Sequence record: MN871440.1
Length of the DNA stretch: 64,000 nucleotides
Reading direction: 5' to 3' (one strand)
Shown piece by piece: positions 10,146 through 21,022 of the stretch. The notes below the pieces were generated by a model. The model saw only the letters and a program-made list of their open reading frames with translations. It was not told the origin of the DNA and ran no database searches. Made by a program: the position numbers and the translations under genes. Numbering within the stretch: the first letter of the stretch is position 1; every line of letters starts with the position of its first letter.

Positions 10146-12299
10146 TTATAGAACCCTTATCCACATATGAACCGTAATAAACGGTTGCAGGTTATTAACT
10201 GGCAACGCGATCTCACTCGGACGCGCTTTAACCAAATCTTCTCTGTAACGCTTAAATCCAGGACCCTCGTCGTCTGGATCAAATTGACATCCACCAACCA
10301 AAACATCACCAGCAGGATCAACAATAAGTGCCTTTTCGCTTGAGCTAATAGGTGGAATATTAGTGATACCGAGTGTGTTTGATGTTGATCCACCAGTATT
10401 ACCGGCAGAATGTCTTGGGTTGCCATTTACGTCTTTATCGTTTACGTTCAAACCGAAGTTGGGGTCGTTAGGATTATCTTCGTTCCAAGAAACTGGAACT
10501 TTACCCTGACCAAAACGTCTCCATTCTCCAAATCCCATATAGCTTCTTGGGTTATTTGGGTTATTTGCATTGATGTAAATTGAGCCTACTGGGTATACAG
10601 ATTCCAGAAGACTATCGACGCTAGTAAATCTAATTGATTCTTCTAATTCCGGATTTGGAACAGCAGTTGATGCACTTGGATCATTTACATCGGTATACAT
10701 GATTTTATTAGAGCGATTGAACTTGTTTTCTGACACAAGATATCTGGCATCTGATTTTTCTTGAATACCGCCGTCTCCATCCCAATCAAGAGTTGTCCCG
10801 ATGTCGTTATTGTACCAACGAATGGTAATAATGTCTTTGTGATTCAAATCTTGGTTAATCACAAATTCACGATATCTATCATTCAGATCGGTAACAGTAG
10901 AGAAGTCACCACCAGACGGCACCCAAGCACCACCTAAAGCGATACAAGAGGTTTCATCGTTAGCACTCGCACCTTCACACACGAAAGCAGGCAAATCGCC
11001 CTCGCCAGCTCTGGTTAGCGCACGACCATTCAAAATGATCTCCATGCTGAATGGATTATAAGTTTCGTTTTCAAGCAAATCAAAGTCGTTCAAACTGAAA
11101 CGAGATTTCTTACTCAAATCACCAACCCAACGCTGACCGGGAACGGTAGTAATATCTTCGGTAGTCATCTTTTCGTCATATACTCTCAGAGTATAACGTT
11201 GATAAGAACTACGATATGACGCAATACCATCCAAGAAAGTAACGATAGTAACGACGTCTCCAGCTTCACAAGGATCATTCAGACGAATAGAATATCCATC
11301 GAGTGTATTAAGCTTGTAGACAGAGACTTTATAAGTTTGACTACCAGTTCCTTTAAGCTTGGTTGTTAGATCGGCAGCAACAACGGTATAAGCGGTGCGA
11401 CTTGAATCATATTGCAAGAACCAAGACCCAGTTCCATTTTCGACGTAAATCACGTTTGCATCCATAGGCTTAACACCACCAGAGAATTGCAACAGCACGG
11501 TATTAGTTGCGATTTCAGCTTTGAAATCAACGATAATAAGACCTTCGACTTTGTTTGATGTTGCGTTAATAGTACCAACAACACCAGTTGAATACCCAGC
11601 AATATTTCCTTTAACACCACCAGTAATAATTACGTTACTAACAGTTGGTGTTTTTGCTGTCATTGAACCATAGTCGGTGTTTTCGTTTATACGATCCCCG
11701 TAATATAGCAAGTTACCGCGACGATATACTTCAACAGCGCCTGGATTATAACTGGTTTCGAAAATGTTCACGAAGTCAGTTTGACCAGCAGTTGCGATAA
11801 TTTCTTTACGAGAAACGGTAGCACCGTTAGCGGTGCTAATTCCGTTCACACGCTTATTATCAGCATATTCCCATTTACCAGGACTGCAATATACCAGCTC
11901 GGCGTCGAGATAGTTTTTCCAAAGCTTATGTTTCTTTGTTGAACCTTTTACAGTATCAGTGCCACCCGGAACAAGACTAACTGGGTTAGTTGCCCACGAA
12001 CCATTGACATCGCGAAGACGAATAACTTTGCCGTAATCAGATGGCTTACCAGCTGGAAGATTTACTGTAATCTGACCGCCAGTTGTATCGATTGTGTATG
12101 CTTTACCAAATACAACTGTGAGTGGTGTTCCTACTGTGGAATAACGTTTCCATGCACCAGCGGCATGAGGCGATGTTCCGTCGCCCAGTTCGTCGTATAA
12201 CTCAGTAAAGTTTCCGTTGATCTTTTGACCACCGCGACGCATATAATCGCCGGTACCATCATCAACAGCATTACCAAGAATAATTAACTGCTTACTCAT
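10146..12299 (-). CDS. 10: baseplate wedge gp10
   Basis: MSKQLIILGNAVDDGTGDYMRRGGQKINGNFTELY; YPVGSIY...NPNNP; NNLQPFITVHMWIRV. Confidence 0.95.
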   Translation of the reverse strand: MSKQLIILGNAVDDGTGDYMRRGGQKINGNFTELYDELGDGTSPHAAGAWKRYSTVGTPLTVVFGKAYTIDTTGGQITVNLPAGKPSDYGKVIRLRDVNGSWATNPVSLVPGGTDTVKGSTKKHKLWKNYLDAELVYCSPGKWEYADNKRVNGISTANGATVSRKEIIATAGQTDFVNIFETSYNPGAVEVYRRGNLLYYGDRINENTDYGSMTAKTPTVSNVIITGGVKGNIAGYSTGVVGTINATSNKVEGLIIVDFKAEIATNTVLLQFSGGVKPMDANVIYVENGTGSWFLQYDSSRTAYTVVAADLTTKLKGTGSQTYKVSVYKLNTLDGYSIRLNDPCEAGDVVTIVTFLDGIASYRSSYQRYTLRVYDEKMTTEDITTVPGQRWVGDLSKKSRFSLNDFDLLENETYNPFSMEIILNGRALTRAGEGDLPAFVCEGASANDETSCIALGGAWVPSGGDFSTVTDLNDRYREFVINQDLNHKDIITIRWYNNDIGTTLDWDGDGGIQEKSDARYLVSENKFNRSNKIMYTDVNDPSASTAVPNPELEESIRFTSVDSLLESVYPVGSIYINANNPNNPRSYMGFGEWRRFGQGKVPVSWNEDNPNDPNFGLNVNDKDVNGNPRHSAGNTGGSTSNTLGITNIPPISSSEKALIVDPAGDVLVGGCQFDPDDEGPGFKRYREDLVKARPSEIALPVNNLQPFITVHMWIRVL

Positions 12300-13225
12300 T
12301 ATTGTCCTCCAATTGATTCAATCGCCTTGACGGTTACGTCAATCGCAGTTGAACCGATGTTTTTAACATACATACGAACCACGCCGCTAACGATTTTGTA
12401 ATCTGCCTCGTATAGCAAATCATCTTTGGAGTTAGCCGTTGATTTTGTTCTAATTCTTGCGTATTCGGTCATATAAACGTTATTGTCGTTTGTGTTGCTG
12501 TTATTTACGAGTACAAGAACTTCACTTGCCTCTTGTTGAATATTGGTACCACGCTCGGTAACAAATACCATGTGCTTAACTGCATTATATTGAAATTTGT
12601 TGAATAACGGGATGTCTTTAGTTACACCAGTACCGATATTCGGGATCGTTGAGTTATATGGCACAGACTCATCACCAAACAAACTCTCAACTTTATAGCT
12701 CCAGTGCGAGCCGGTTGGGTTTGATTTATCAACCCAGAATCGAATCGAGAAATACGATTTCTGAATTTTCATCTGTGTTCCGAGAGTCCCGATACTGTCA
12801 CCAGATCCACTCACACGAATAATAACTTCTTTACCAGTACCAACTCCAACAGAACCGTCGGTATTAATAAAGTGAACATATTCCCCAGCATGAGCATTAC
12901 CAGCTGGCAGAGTTACCACTAGATCGCCAGCACCATCACGAATAACAGACAGATCGTGTAGTGATCCAAATTCAACTGGGTTTCCACTCGGCTGTTCTGC
13001 TCCAGCATAATATGCGCGAGAGTGTTTTTGATAATATCCGCCGGCATGAAGCGTCATTATCTGATTTCCTTGTCCGGCATCAGACTTGAATTGTCTGTAA
13101 TCGCCAAATACGTTATACATACTGTTCAAGTTTCGATTTAGCGAAGTACCACCCTGATATAGAGTGTCGCCAGTACCTTCAACACCTTCTTCGCCGGTAT
13201 CGATCAACAATTTTGTAAGTTGCAT
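12299..13225 (-). CDS. 9: baseplate wedge gp9 (tail fibre connector)
   Basis: LIDTGEEGVEGTGDTLYQGG...N; LHAGGYYQKH. Confidence 0.9.
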   Translation of the reverse strand: MQLTKLLIDTGEEGVEGTGDTLYQGGTSLNRNLNSMYNVFGDYRQFKSDAGQGNQIMTLHAGGYYQKHSRAYYAGAEQPSGNPVEFGSLHDLSVIRDGAGDLVVTLPAGNAHAGEYVHFINTDGSVGVGTGKEVIIRVSGSGDSIGTLGTQMKIQKSYFSIRFWVDKSNPTGSHWSYKVESLFGDESVPYNSTIPNIGTGVTKDIPLFNKFQYNAVKHMVFVTERGTNIQQEASEVLVLVNNSNTNDNNVYMTEYARIRTKSTANSKDDLLYEADYKIVSGVVRMYVKNIGSTAIDVTVKAIESIGGQ

Positions 13226-13297
13226 TATATATTCTCCTGTGTTTCTATACTTTATTTAGTAGATTGCTTACGAAAAAGCCACCCGAAGGTGGCTTGA

Positions 13298-14284
13298 TTA
13301 AAACTCAAACACTAAGTTAAATTCTTCGGTTTGATCTCTCGAACGAATAATAGGCTGTCTATTTTCCATGTAAATCATTTCTCCCGAATGTCTCTCAAGT
13401 TGAGTAGGTAGATAATTAGCTGCCTTTGCTTTAACATCAGCGGTCGCTGGATTATCTTTCAACAAAACTGGGTCCAAAATAACACTCAATTGTCTGAACC
13501 CCTTGTTACCAACCATAGACGCTTCTTTAAAATAGATACTGTCAATGTATGCTCTAAATCGCAAAGTATGACATTTCATTCTAAAAATAACATCGTATTT
13601 GGCAGGGTACCATTTCAATACGTGCTGATATCCCCAGCGAGTTGGATTAGTTACGAGTTCTTGTGGAGTTGGAACAACGATGTGCTCATTCGTACATTCG
13701 TTAATTGCAACATCCGACGGGATCATATAAAGATATTCCCAAATGTAGCCATCTTTCATATCAACGCCATCACTCTTACCGACTGGCAAAAGAGATTCGC
13801 GACTCGGTGTCCAAATACCACCGATTTTCATACATTCTCCCTTCTCAACAATTGTTTTGATACTACATTGTCCGACGTTGGGGACGTCAACGCAACGATA
13901 TACCATCCAACCAGAACCAATCTCAGTTCTGTTATAAGGGGCACTATTGGTTACTACAATATCACCGATGTGATGAATAAACGGGTCTGCGAAACGCTGA
14001 TCACCCCAATCGTCGCGAGGAACGACAGGTCGTAATAGCTCTTGTTGAATTTTAACAGCACCAAGCATTCTTGACCAAACGTCGGCAATACCTTCGATTG
14101 AATCATCTGGATATGGCGGAGCAAACTTAGAATCCGTTTCATTGTCCGCCCATTTATCTGGGCGGCCAAATGTTGCGTAAATCGTATGTTCGTCTGCACC
14201 ATCACCAATCGAGTTGTAAAAGTTCAGAAGGTTTTCGGTTCTGAACTTATTTGTTACTATCGAGCGATAGATAATAGAGGACAC
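13298..14284 (-). CDS. 8: baseplate wedge gp8
   Basis: IYRSIVTNKFRTENLLNFY; GYIWEYLY; SGEMIYMENRQPI. Confidence 0.95.
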   Translation of the reverse strand: MSSIIYRSIVTNKFRTENLLNFYNSIGDGADEHTIYATFGRPDKWADNETDSKFAPPYPDDSIEGIADVWSRMLGAVKIQQELLRPVVPRDDWGDQRFADPFIHHIGDIVVTNSAPYNRTEIGSGWMVYRCVDVPNVGQCSIKTIVEKGECMKIGGIWTPSRESLLPVGKSDGVDMKDGYIWEYLYMIPSDVAINECTNEHIVVPTPQELVTNPTRWGYQHVLKWYPAKYDVIFRMKCHTLRFRAYIDSIYFKEASMVGNKGFRQLSVILDPVLLKDNPATADVKAKAANYLPTQLERHSGEMIYMENRQPIIRSRDQTEEFNLVFEF

Positions 14285-14286
14285 TT

Positions 14287-17200
14287 TTATTCTCCAATTC
14301 TTGTTTGTGACGGTTCTTTCAGTGTTATCAAATGACTAACATCACGCGGATCTTTCATATCATCTTTAAGTCGTTGTTCGACTAATCTACGATAATCACT
14401 AAAACGTGTGCTAAAGTCGCTGAATAACGGGCTCCATTCTAAACGACGTTCTGATGGCTTATAAACTTTGTTGTTCCAAGTCACGTTAGTTTCGTTTGCA
14501 TCATAATTGCGTCCGCCATAAGCAACGCCATTTTCACCTTTGGCGTTTTGCCAAGTTGTGATGTTGAATGCTGTTTGTGGAACAGAGACTTCAATTAATT
14601 CGCCAGTCTTTGCGTCAAACAAAGGATCTGGATCGGTTAATGGAGAATCTGGGTTAACACTCGTTTTCAGTTTCGGAGTAACACTTGGAAGACCGGAATC
14701 CCATCTGTATGTTTTATTTATCTCGATCATTGTTTGCTGTGGAACCATACTAATACCGCCGTTAATGAAAACAGTTAGCATCGCAATTCCGATAAATCCA
14801 AAACCGACTGGGTGAACAAAACGAAGAATATCATCGCGATATCTGGCGGTGTTCAACTCGGAACGAATTTTCATTACATAGTATGAGCGATTGCGGTTGA
14901 TATAGTCGATGTCAGAATAAGCAAGTTCTTTGCCTTTAACGCCACGAACAATTTCACCCTCAAATGCAGTTGATTCGGACTTAATAATCTGACCTTCAAC
15001 ATACTTACCAATCAAGTTATGCAATGTGATTTTCCAGCGAAGCAATCCGTTGTCATAGATACGCTCGATATAAGTCACGTTAGCGCGACCAGTCTTTGTA
15101 TAAATGGTTCTACCGACGAGATCTTGATCGACGTTAGCAGACTTAACCACGATGTCATAATCGATGCCTACCGAGCTTTCAACCTCAATTTCAACATCAG
15201 CATCATACAGCAACTTAAACAAGAATTTATAACTCGCTTCTGTACCCTTTGAGCTATAGAAGTTTGTGGCTTTAGACTCAAAGAATCTAATAACAGCGTC
15301 GCGTTTCTCTTGATCCAGATAGATGTTTCTACGTCTGATTTCCGACCACAAATATTCAAAGTTATCGCTTTCTCTTGGATACTTGTTCTTGATCAGATTG
15401 AGCAATCTATTGTAATAAGTATCAGTACCTTCTGAGATATATTTCAAATAATATTCGCCAAACTTAGTGAAGTTTGATTCATCATCAAAATACGCCTCTG
15501 GACCCATGATGCGAATAAAGTGACTCAGATCGGGGTCAACTAAACCAGTGTCGTCTTCAACGACGGGTGGCAACTCTCTAATTTGATCTTGAAGACTTGC
15601 TTCCATCATAACCAACTCTGGACGCCAGACAATGGCAGCATTATCTCGAACACGATATGGATACTCGTAATAAGCTACGATTTCGCCTCCGGCATTACGT
15701 TCGCGATCAAATCCCTTGTGAATCATGATACCGTTACAGTATTGCGTGAACCCAGCAAATTTCACGTTCTCAAGATAGAACTTAACATTCCCTTTATCCC
15801 AGACTTCTTTGTTTATCTTGAATTCTGGATCAAGTCTATATGTGTGCGACTTTCTCGGGTTAATAACAACAGCTTTATTATCATGTGAGATCCAGCAGCG
15901 TTGACCATGTGTAGCCATCCAGCTAAAGTTCGCTTCGTTGTAATAAGTCTGTGGTCTACGTTCGTATGTCTCTCCATCTTCTGATTTCCACACATAAAAG
16001 TGATGTCTCTTATATGACAGATAAGGATATTCGGAACTATATTTCACGGCAGAACTGACGTCATCTGGATATTTCTGTGGGAGATCTTCATCAATAACAG
16101 TTTCATCAAACTCGTATGCAGCAGAGCTAACAAACACTCTTTCTCCGTCTGTGCTCATGTTACTGAATTTGTGTTCGATACTTTGACGTTCTTTTTCTGT
16201 TTTTCCAAATACTTTAACCCAAGAACCGCCATTTGGGATACCCGGCGCAACAATGACTCCGTTTTCCATAATAAGACTAAACTCGTTGGGGTTAGCAAAT
16301 GCAGCTTTAAATGCATTCACTTTGGATTGAACTAAGTTACCATCAGCATCTTTCAAATCCGCATCAAAAATAAAGGCGTCTTTGTTCTTGCTGCTAATAG
16401 TACGAACTACAGTCATTTGAACACCGTTCTTACCACGAAACACTCTATTTTCCCAAGATGTGTTGACTTTACCAGCATGTGAACCGCCAGCAAAAGTAAC
16501 GATCATTTTATCAAAGTCGATTCCAGTAGTATAACCACCGGTGTTAATATTTCCGAGTTTGAAAACCTCCGGAATATAAACTTCATCAAAGCGATAAATA
16601 CCAGCCTCTGTAGCGGGTAGAACATTATTGGGATTACGACGATCCGTTTCCATTGTCGCAACTTTACCAGTCACAAGCGCATAGCATTTGTCTTTGAATA
16701 CGTCAAGCTTTTTCGTTACACAAAGAGGATTGCCAGTGATATGATAATCAGTTGTGTCCCACATTCTTACGGTGTTACCAGCCCCGTCAGTTCCGATCGG
16801 TGCGTTTTTAACCAGAATGCGTTTGAAATTATCTTCTGCAACTGCATATATCCATTGATTAGACGCTGCCTGAGCCTCTACCTTGCGTCGGATGATGTCT
16901 GGGTATGAGGTGTATCGACCGAACACCAAAGTCTTAAAGGGGATACTGGCATCCACGTCCATACGCACAAACGTGATTTGATCGTCAGACCAATAATGTG
17001 TGTTGCTACTAAAGCGAATTTCATCTGATTGACGACTATAAAAGACATCATCATATCCCAACAAGAAACTACTATTCGAGTTCTGATACATGATTGTTCT
17101 TGCAATAGGATAGCCGATGCGACCAGTCAGAGCTTGATAATACCACCAGTTTTGACCACCATCATTTGATACTTTGGCCATATTCTGATAACGCTCGAAT

Positions 17201-17778
17201 GTATAAAGAACATCATCCTTATATCCCAAGTAAGTGCGATCAACGCTAACACAAACTTTCTCAACTGTGTCCTGAACAAGATGCGATTCTTCATCAGCGG
17301 CGACATAGTTTTCAATGTTTGTGATGTTTGCAATACCCGGGTCATAAACAAAGTTCTCATTCATCAGAGTTGCATAAATCGGGTCCTTGTTGAAATTCAC
17401 ATAAGATTTATTATCAGTCAGTTTGTTTTTAACGAAAACGTTATTCGGAATAAGCTGTGACATTGTGCTGATAGAATAAGCGTTTGTGTCGAATGTCTCA
17501 AGAGATTCAGAATAAACCCAATCTGATGGATCGAATCCTTTAAATGTAGTCGAGATTCTGAAAATGTATTTTGTATTCGGGGCAAGGATTCTATCTTCAA
17601 ACCACTCGGGGTCTGGTGTGACCCCTCGCTGAGTCCATGAATATACGCCATCGTTATTGTCGATAGCGTATTCCACGATATAAAAGAAGTTAGAACCCAC
17701 ATCATCCCATTTTAAGTGCAAGAAGTTTGCACCAAGCTTGAACACTCTCAAGCTGGTAATAGTGGGTGCTTTAATCAT
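14287..17778 (-). CDS. 7: baseplate wedge initiator gp7
   Basis: MIKAPTITSLRVFKLGAN..LKWDDVG.NF; FVHPVGFGFIG. Confidence 0.95.
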   Translation of the reverse strand: MIKAPTITSLRVFKLGANFLHLKWDDVGSNFFYIVEYAIDNNDGVYSWTQRGVTPDPEWFEDRILAPNTKYIFRISTTFKGFDPSDWVYSESLETFDTNAYSISTMSQLIPNNVFVKNKLTDNKSYVNFNKDPIYATLMNENFVYDPGIANITNIENYVAADEESHLVQDTVEKVCVSVDRTYLGYKDDVLYTFERYQNMAKVSNDGGQNWWYYQALTGRIGYPIARTIMYQNSNSSFLLGYDDVFYSRQSDEIRFSSNTHYWSDDQITFVRMDVDASIPFKTLVFGRYTSYPDIIRRKVEAQAASNQWIYAVAEDNFKRILVKNAPIGTDGAGNTVRMWDTTDYHITGNPLCVTKKLDVFKDKCYALVTGKVATMETDRRNPNNVLPATEAGIYRFDEVYIPEVFKLGNINTGGYTTGIDFDKMIVTFAGGSHAGKVNTSWENRVFRGKNGVQMTVVRTISSKNKDAFIFDADLKDADGNLVQSKVNAFKAAFANPNEFSLIMENGVIVAPGIPNGGSWVKVFGKTEKERQSIEHKFSNMSTDGERVFVSSAAYEFDETVIDEDLPQKYPDDVSSAVKYSSEYPYLSYKRHHFYVWKSEDGETYERRPQTYYNEANFSWMATHGQRCWISHDNKAVVINPRKSHTYRLDPEFKINKEVWDKGNVKFYLENVKFAGFTQYCNGIMIHKGFDRERNAGGEIVAYYEYPYRVRDNAAIVWRPELVMMEASLQDQIRELPPVVEDDTGLVDPDLSHFIRIMGPEAYFDDESNFTKFGEYYLKYISEGTDTYYNRLLNLIKNKYPRESDNFEYLWSEIRRRNIYLDQEKRDAVIRFFESKATNFYSSKGTEASYKFLFKLLYDADVEIEVESSVGIDYDIVVKSANVDQDLVGRTIYTKTGRANVTYIERIYDNGLLRWKITLHNLIGKYVEGQIIKSESTAFEGEIVRGVKGKELAYSDIDYINRNRSYYVMKIRSELNTARYRDDILRFVHPVGFGFIGIAMLTVFINGGISMVPQQTMIEINKTYRWDSGLPSVTPKLKTSVNPDSPLTDPDPLFDAKTGELIEVSVPQTAFNITTWQNAKGENGVAYGGRNYDANETNVTWNNKVYKPSERRLEWSPLFSDFSTRFSDYRRLVEQRLKDDMKDPRDVSHLITLKEPSQTRIGE

Positions 17779-19733
17779 TAGCGAACTACCGCCTCCATCT
17801 GGATGTTTGTATATTGTGGTCTGAGGTTATTCTCAAACACAATCATTGTACCGTCGGACGTATAGATATTATCCTCGGTTGGTGTTGCGTGTAATTCGAT
17901 GTAAGCCGCGCTAAACTTGTCGATGTTCTGATTAAGAACGCTCAAGTTAAAACTGATTTCATCTGCTACATAGTCAACTTCTCCAACCACGTAATAAAGA
18001 TTTCTACCGTCAATAATCTTTTTGTCAAAGTCGGTCCCGGCATACGCTGTTAATCCAGTCACATCGCCAGCAGCAAAAGGACCAATCAACATCAAACCGG
18101 CATTCTCATTTACTTTTCCATTAAACACGACCTTGTTCTTCTTTGTGCCGACGTAATGAATAGAATAGCTTGTTCCAACTCTTGGTGTGTATTTAATATC
18201 CGAGCCGTATACAGAACCTTCGTTGATCTTATTCAAGTATTTAATACCAATCATCGGGGCGGAATAGAAGTTCTCAATCTCACGAACAAGTCCAACATTA
18301 GTAGTTGTACCCAAAATAGAAATATCAGAATCATCAATACGACCATTCAATTTGGATGTATAGAAACCCTTGTTGAAAATTTCAACTTCTTCGATGTAAT
18401 AACGATCAATAGCGTCCAACACTTTACCCTGTAACCATTCTTCTGTCTGACTCAAGTTATTCATCGCGTAAGTTACTTTGACGTTTGACTTGACATACAG
18501 GTAATTCGGACTATGAACAACCGGAGTAATAGTAGCGACGTTGTATTCGCGCAAGAAGTTTTGAATATCTTCTTTCTGAACGGTCGTCAGATATAATCCG
18601 TCTCTTGGCTTAATCGCAATGAATGCATACCCTGGCTTTTCTGAGTCTGTATAGCATTGAACAGCTTGCACGATATTACCAAAACGATAGTTCACGAATG
18701 CTTCATAGTCAGAACGAGTAACAGCACGACGCTGAGTTTCACGCATAATTGGACCCAGTTCGCGAAGACGTTCGATGTCTTCTTCTTCACCACCGCCGGC
18801 AGCACCAGTATAATTTGGGTCGTCTTTTCCGAGAGTAGAAGTTGGGTTTTCTTCGATACGCTCAACAACGATATTCTCGATGGTATCAACGTATGCAAAA
18901 TTACGACAACCGTTAGCGGATTTGCCGTCTGTGCTCAAATACTCAAGAACGATTGTGGAACCAACAGATGGTTTCAGCCCGCCAACGAAACTAGACGCAA
19001 GTTGTCCATTTGCTTTAACTGTCTTTTCGCCTTCCCCGAAGAAAATCTCTGTGTATCCGTCGATTGTCTCGCGTTGATAAAATACAGTGCTTGTGCCGCC
19101 AGTATTAACAAGAGGCTTGGTTGTCCAGTCAGTCCAAAGAGCGCCGTCGATATAAACACGAACATAGTTTCGATCAATGCTCTTATCGTTAATCTCAATG
19201 ATGCTATCTTTCTGATAAATCATTTCTTGACGAATGATTCGACCTTGTTTCAGAGCTAAATCGGTAATGTATCTGTTATTGATTCCGCGAATAACTTGAA
19301 CATCGTCCCAAGTAACGTAATCATAGAAATCTACGTTCTCGATGGACCCAGTAAATTTAGTTCCACGTGGAATCGTGATTGAAATAGGACTACTCTTCAT
19401 CGGGCTGTGATAACCAGTAAATCGAACAGTCGTTCCGCTTGCACTGGCAGTTGATGGCAAATAGCCTTGATCTTGAACGTGTTGAACAACAGACGAGCGC
19501 AATTGAGCAAGTCGCAAGAAACTTTCAAAAACAGCAGCATTGCCGAATTGTTGAATATACAGAGTCGCATAAGTCAACAGATCTGTCAATACAGACATTC
19601 TACTACCAGCAAAGTTATAATCTTTAAATTCGTCTTGATTCTGTAGCCACTTAATAAGCTTTGATTTAATTTGCTCAAACGAGGCGCCAGTAAAATCCTT
19701 CGGTAAATCTACCGCATTAATTCTATTAGCCAT
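17778..19733 (-). CDS. 6: baseplate wedge gp6
   Basis: FEQIKSKLIKWLQNQDEFKDYNFAGSRM; ETQRRAVTRSDY. Confidence 0.95.
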   Translation of the reverse strand: MANRINAVDLPKDFTGASFEQIKSKLIKWLQNQDEFKDYNFAGSRMSVLTDLLTYATLYIQQFGNAAVFESFLRLAQLRSSVVQHVQDQGYLPSTASASGTTVRFTGYHSPMKSSPISITIPRGTKFTGSIENVDFYDYVTWDDVQVIRGINNRYITDLALKQGRIIRQEMIYQKDSIIEINDKSIDRNYVRVYIDGALWTDWTTKPLVNTGGTSTVFYQRETIDGYTEIFFGEGEKTVKANGQLASSFVGGLKPSVGSTIVLEYLSTDGKSANGCRNFAYVDTIENIVVERIEENPTSTLGKDDPNYTGAAGGGEEEDIERLRELGPIMRETQRRAVTRSDYEAFVNYRFGNIVQAVQCYTDSEKPGYAFIAIKPRDGLYLTTVQKEDIQNFLREYNVATITPVVHSPNYLYVKSNVKVTYAMNNLSQTEEWLQGKVLDAIDRYYIEEVEIFNKGFYTSKLNGRIDDSDISILGTTTNVGLVREIENFYSAPMIGIKYLNKINEGSVYGSDIKYTPRVGTSYSIHYVGTKKNKVVFNGKVNENAGLMLIGPFAAGDVTGLTAYAGTDFDKKIIDGRNLYYVVGEVDYVADEISFNLSVLNQNIDKFSAAYIELHATPTEDNIYTSDGTMIVFENNLRPQYTNIQMEAVVR

Positions 19734-20155
19734 CAGCCGGTAACTCCCATTTTTAATTCATACAAATAGTTTAAGTCGGTGATCAACCGGTAATAAAGAG
19801 TAACGACATATTCGTTACGATCATAAATTGGAACAACCGATACGTTTTTCATTCTAACTCTCGGCTCATAGTTGCCAATAGCATCATAGATTGAACGCTC
19901 AATCGCGGTTGCTGCCGCTTCGTTCATGTTCTCGAACAGAGAGTTATGAATATCACATCCAAAGTTTGGATCAAATGGACGTTCACCTCGTCTTGTTCCA
20001 ATAATCCCTGCCATTGATTGCTGAACAGCAGAGACGTTTGTAATATTAACGATATCGTTGTCTCGAAAATCTCGACCCATCATAGCGTCGATATCAGAAT
20101 AATATTGTTTCGATTCGACTGCCAACATTCGCAGTCTATTTCCAAATGCACTCAT
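19733..20155 (-). CDS. 25: baseplate wedge gp25
   Basis: YYSDID; IIGTRRGERPFDPNFGCDI; YEPRV. Confidence 0.95.
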   Translation of the reverse strand: MSAFGNRLRMLAVESKQYYSDIDAMMGRDFRDNDIVNITNVSAVQQSMAGIIGTRRGERPFDPNFGCDIHNSLFENMNEAAATAIERSIYDAIGNYEPRVRMKNVSVVPIYDRNEYVVTLYYRLITDLNYLYELKMGVTG

Positions 20156-20165
20156 GATTTCCTCC

Positions 20166-20459
20166 TTATGATGCAAATACGCTACTGGCAGACTTTACCA
20201 ATATTTCACCATCGGTACATATGTCTCCAATTTGTGCTATTGGTTTTCCCTCAATAAAAACTTTGGAAGTTCTTGCAATAACTTTGCCTTGTTTCCAATC
20301 AGGTCCGTCTGGTCTTTCGTGTTTTATTACTTGATCGTCTTGTTTGACTACGATTTGTTGACCCTCTGCGAATACCGTAGAGCTTGTGCCAACAACTTTA
20401 GATGGTTTCCATGGCCCCGGTCCAATTGTAGGGGCCATGTTTAATACTATGCCTGCCAT
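20166..20459 (-). CDS. 5.4: PAAR-like spike tip protein gp5.4
   Basis: GPGPWKP, VFAEG, VFIEGKPIAQIGD...GSASSVFA pattern; position after 5.1. Confidence 0.8.
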   Translation of the reverse strand: MAGIVLNMAPTIGPGPWKPSKVVGTSSTVFAEGQQIVVKQDDQVIKHERPDGPDWKQGKVIARTSKVFIEGKPIAQIGDICTDGEILVKSASSVFAS

Positions 20460-20461
20460 AT

Positions 20462-21013
20462 TTAAATCCTCGGAAATGGTCCACTCTTATTTATGTAATC
20501 AACGAGTTTATTGGCCCACCCCTGATATGTTCCATGGAGCGTTTGAGTGTATTTCGCAGTTACGATATACACGGTTGGAGGTAATGCGGGATTCAGTAAA
20601 TCAATCTTTCTTATTGTTGCTGTTGGTGTGTATACAATTTGAGCAGTCAATTCTCCCGGTGGGTTGAACTCAATAACGTCACACGACGACGCATCAGCCG
20701 GAAGATTATTGAAACCGTTGACAGTCTTTATTTCTAAGGTTTTTCTGTCTCGATATTTAAGTGTCATAACAGCACCATTTCTTTCGAAATAATCAACAAA
20801 CTTAGATACCACTTTCGTTCCGAGGCGAGAGCCTCCATATGTTTCGATTGGGATTGATATTTGAACAGATTTAGACGCTATTGATTCTCCGGGGTCTAAA
20901 CTGACTCCAAATTCAAATTCATGAGAAACGGGCAAAGCGCCCGCTCCTTCATAGAACTCATAGATGTTGGCATATTGATCCCAACCACCAATCGGCGGTG
21001 TTATTGTAGCCAT
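20462..21013 (-). CDS. 5.1: gp5.1-like protein
   Basis: C-terminus YTQTLHGTYQGWANKLVDYI resembles T4 5.1; position after gene 5. Confidence 0.7.
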   Translation of the reverse strand: MATITPPIGGWDQYANIYEFYEGAGALPVSHEFEFGVSLDPGESIASKSVQISIPIETYGGSRLGTKVVSKFVDYFERNGAVMTLKYRDRKTLEIKTVNGFNNLPADASSCDVIEFNPPGELTAQIVYTPTATIRKIDLLNPALPPTVYIVTAKYTQTLHGTYQGWANKLVDYINKSGPFPRI

Positions 21014-21022
21014 TATTTCCTC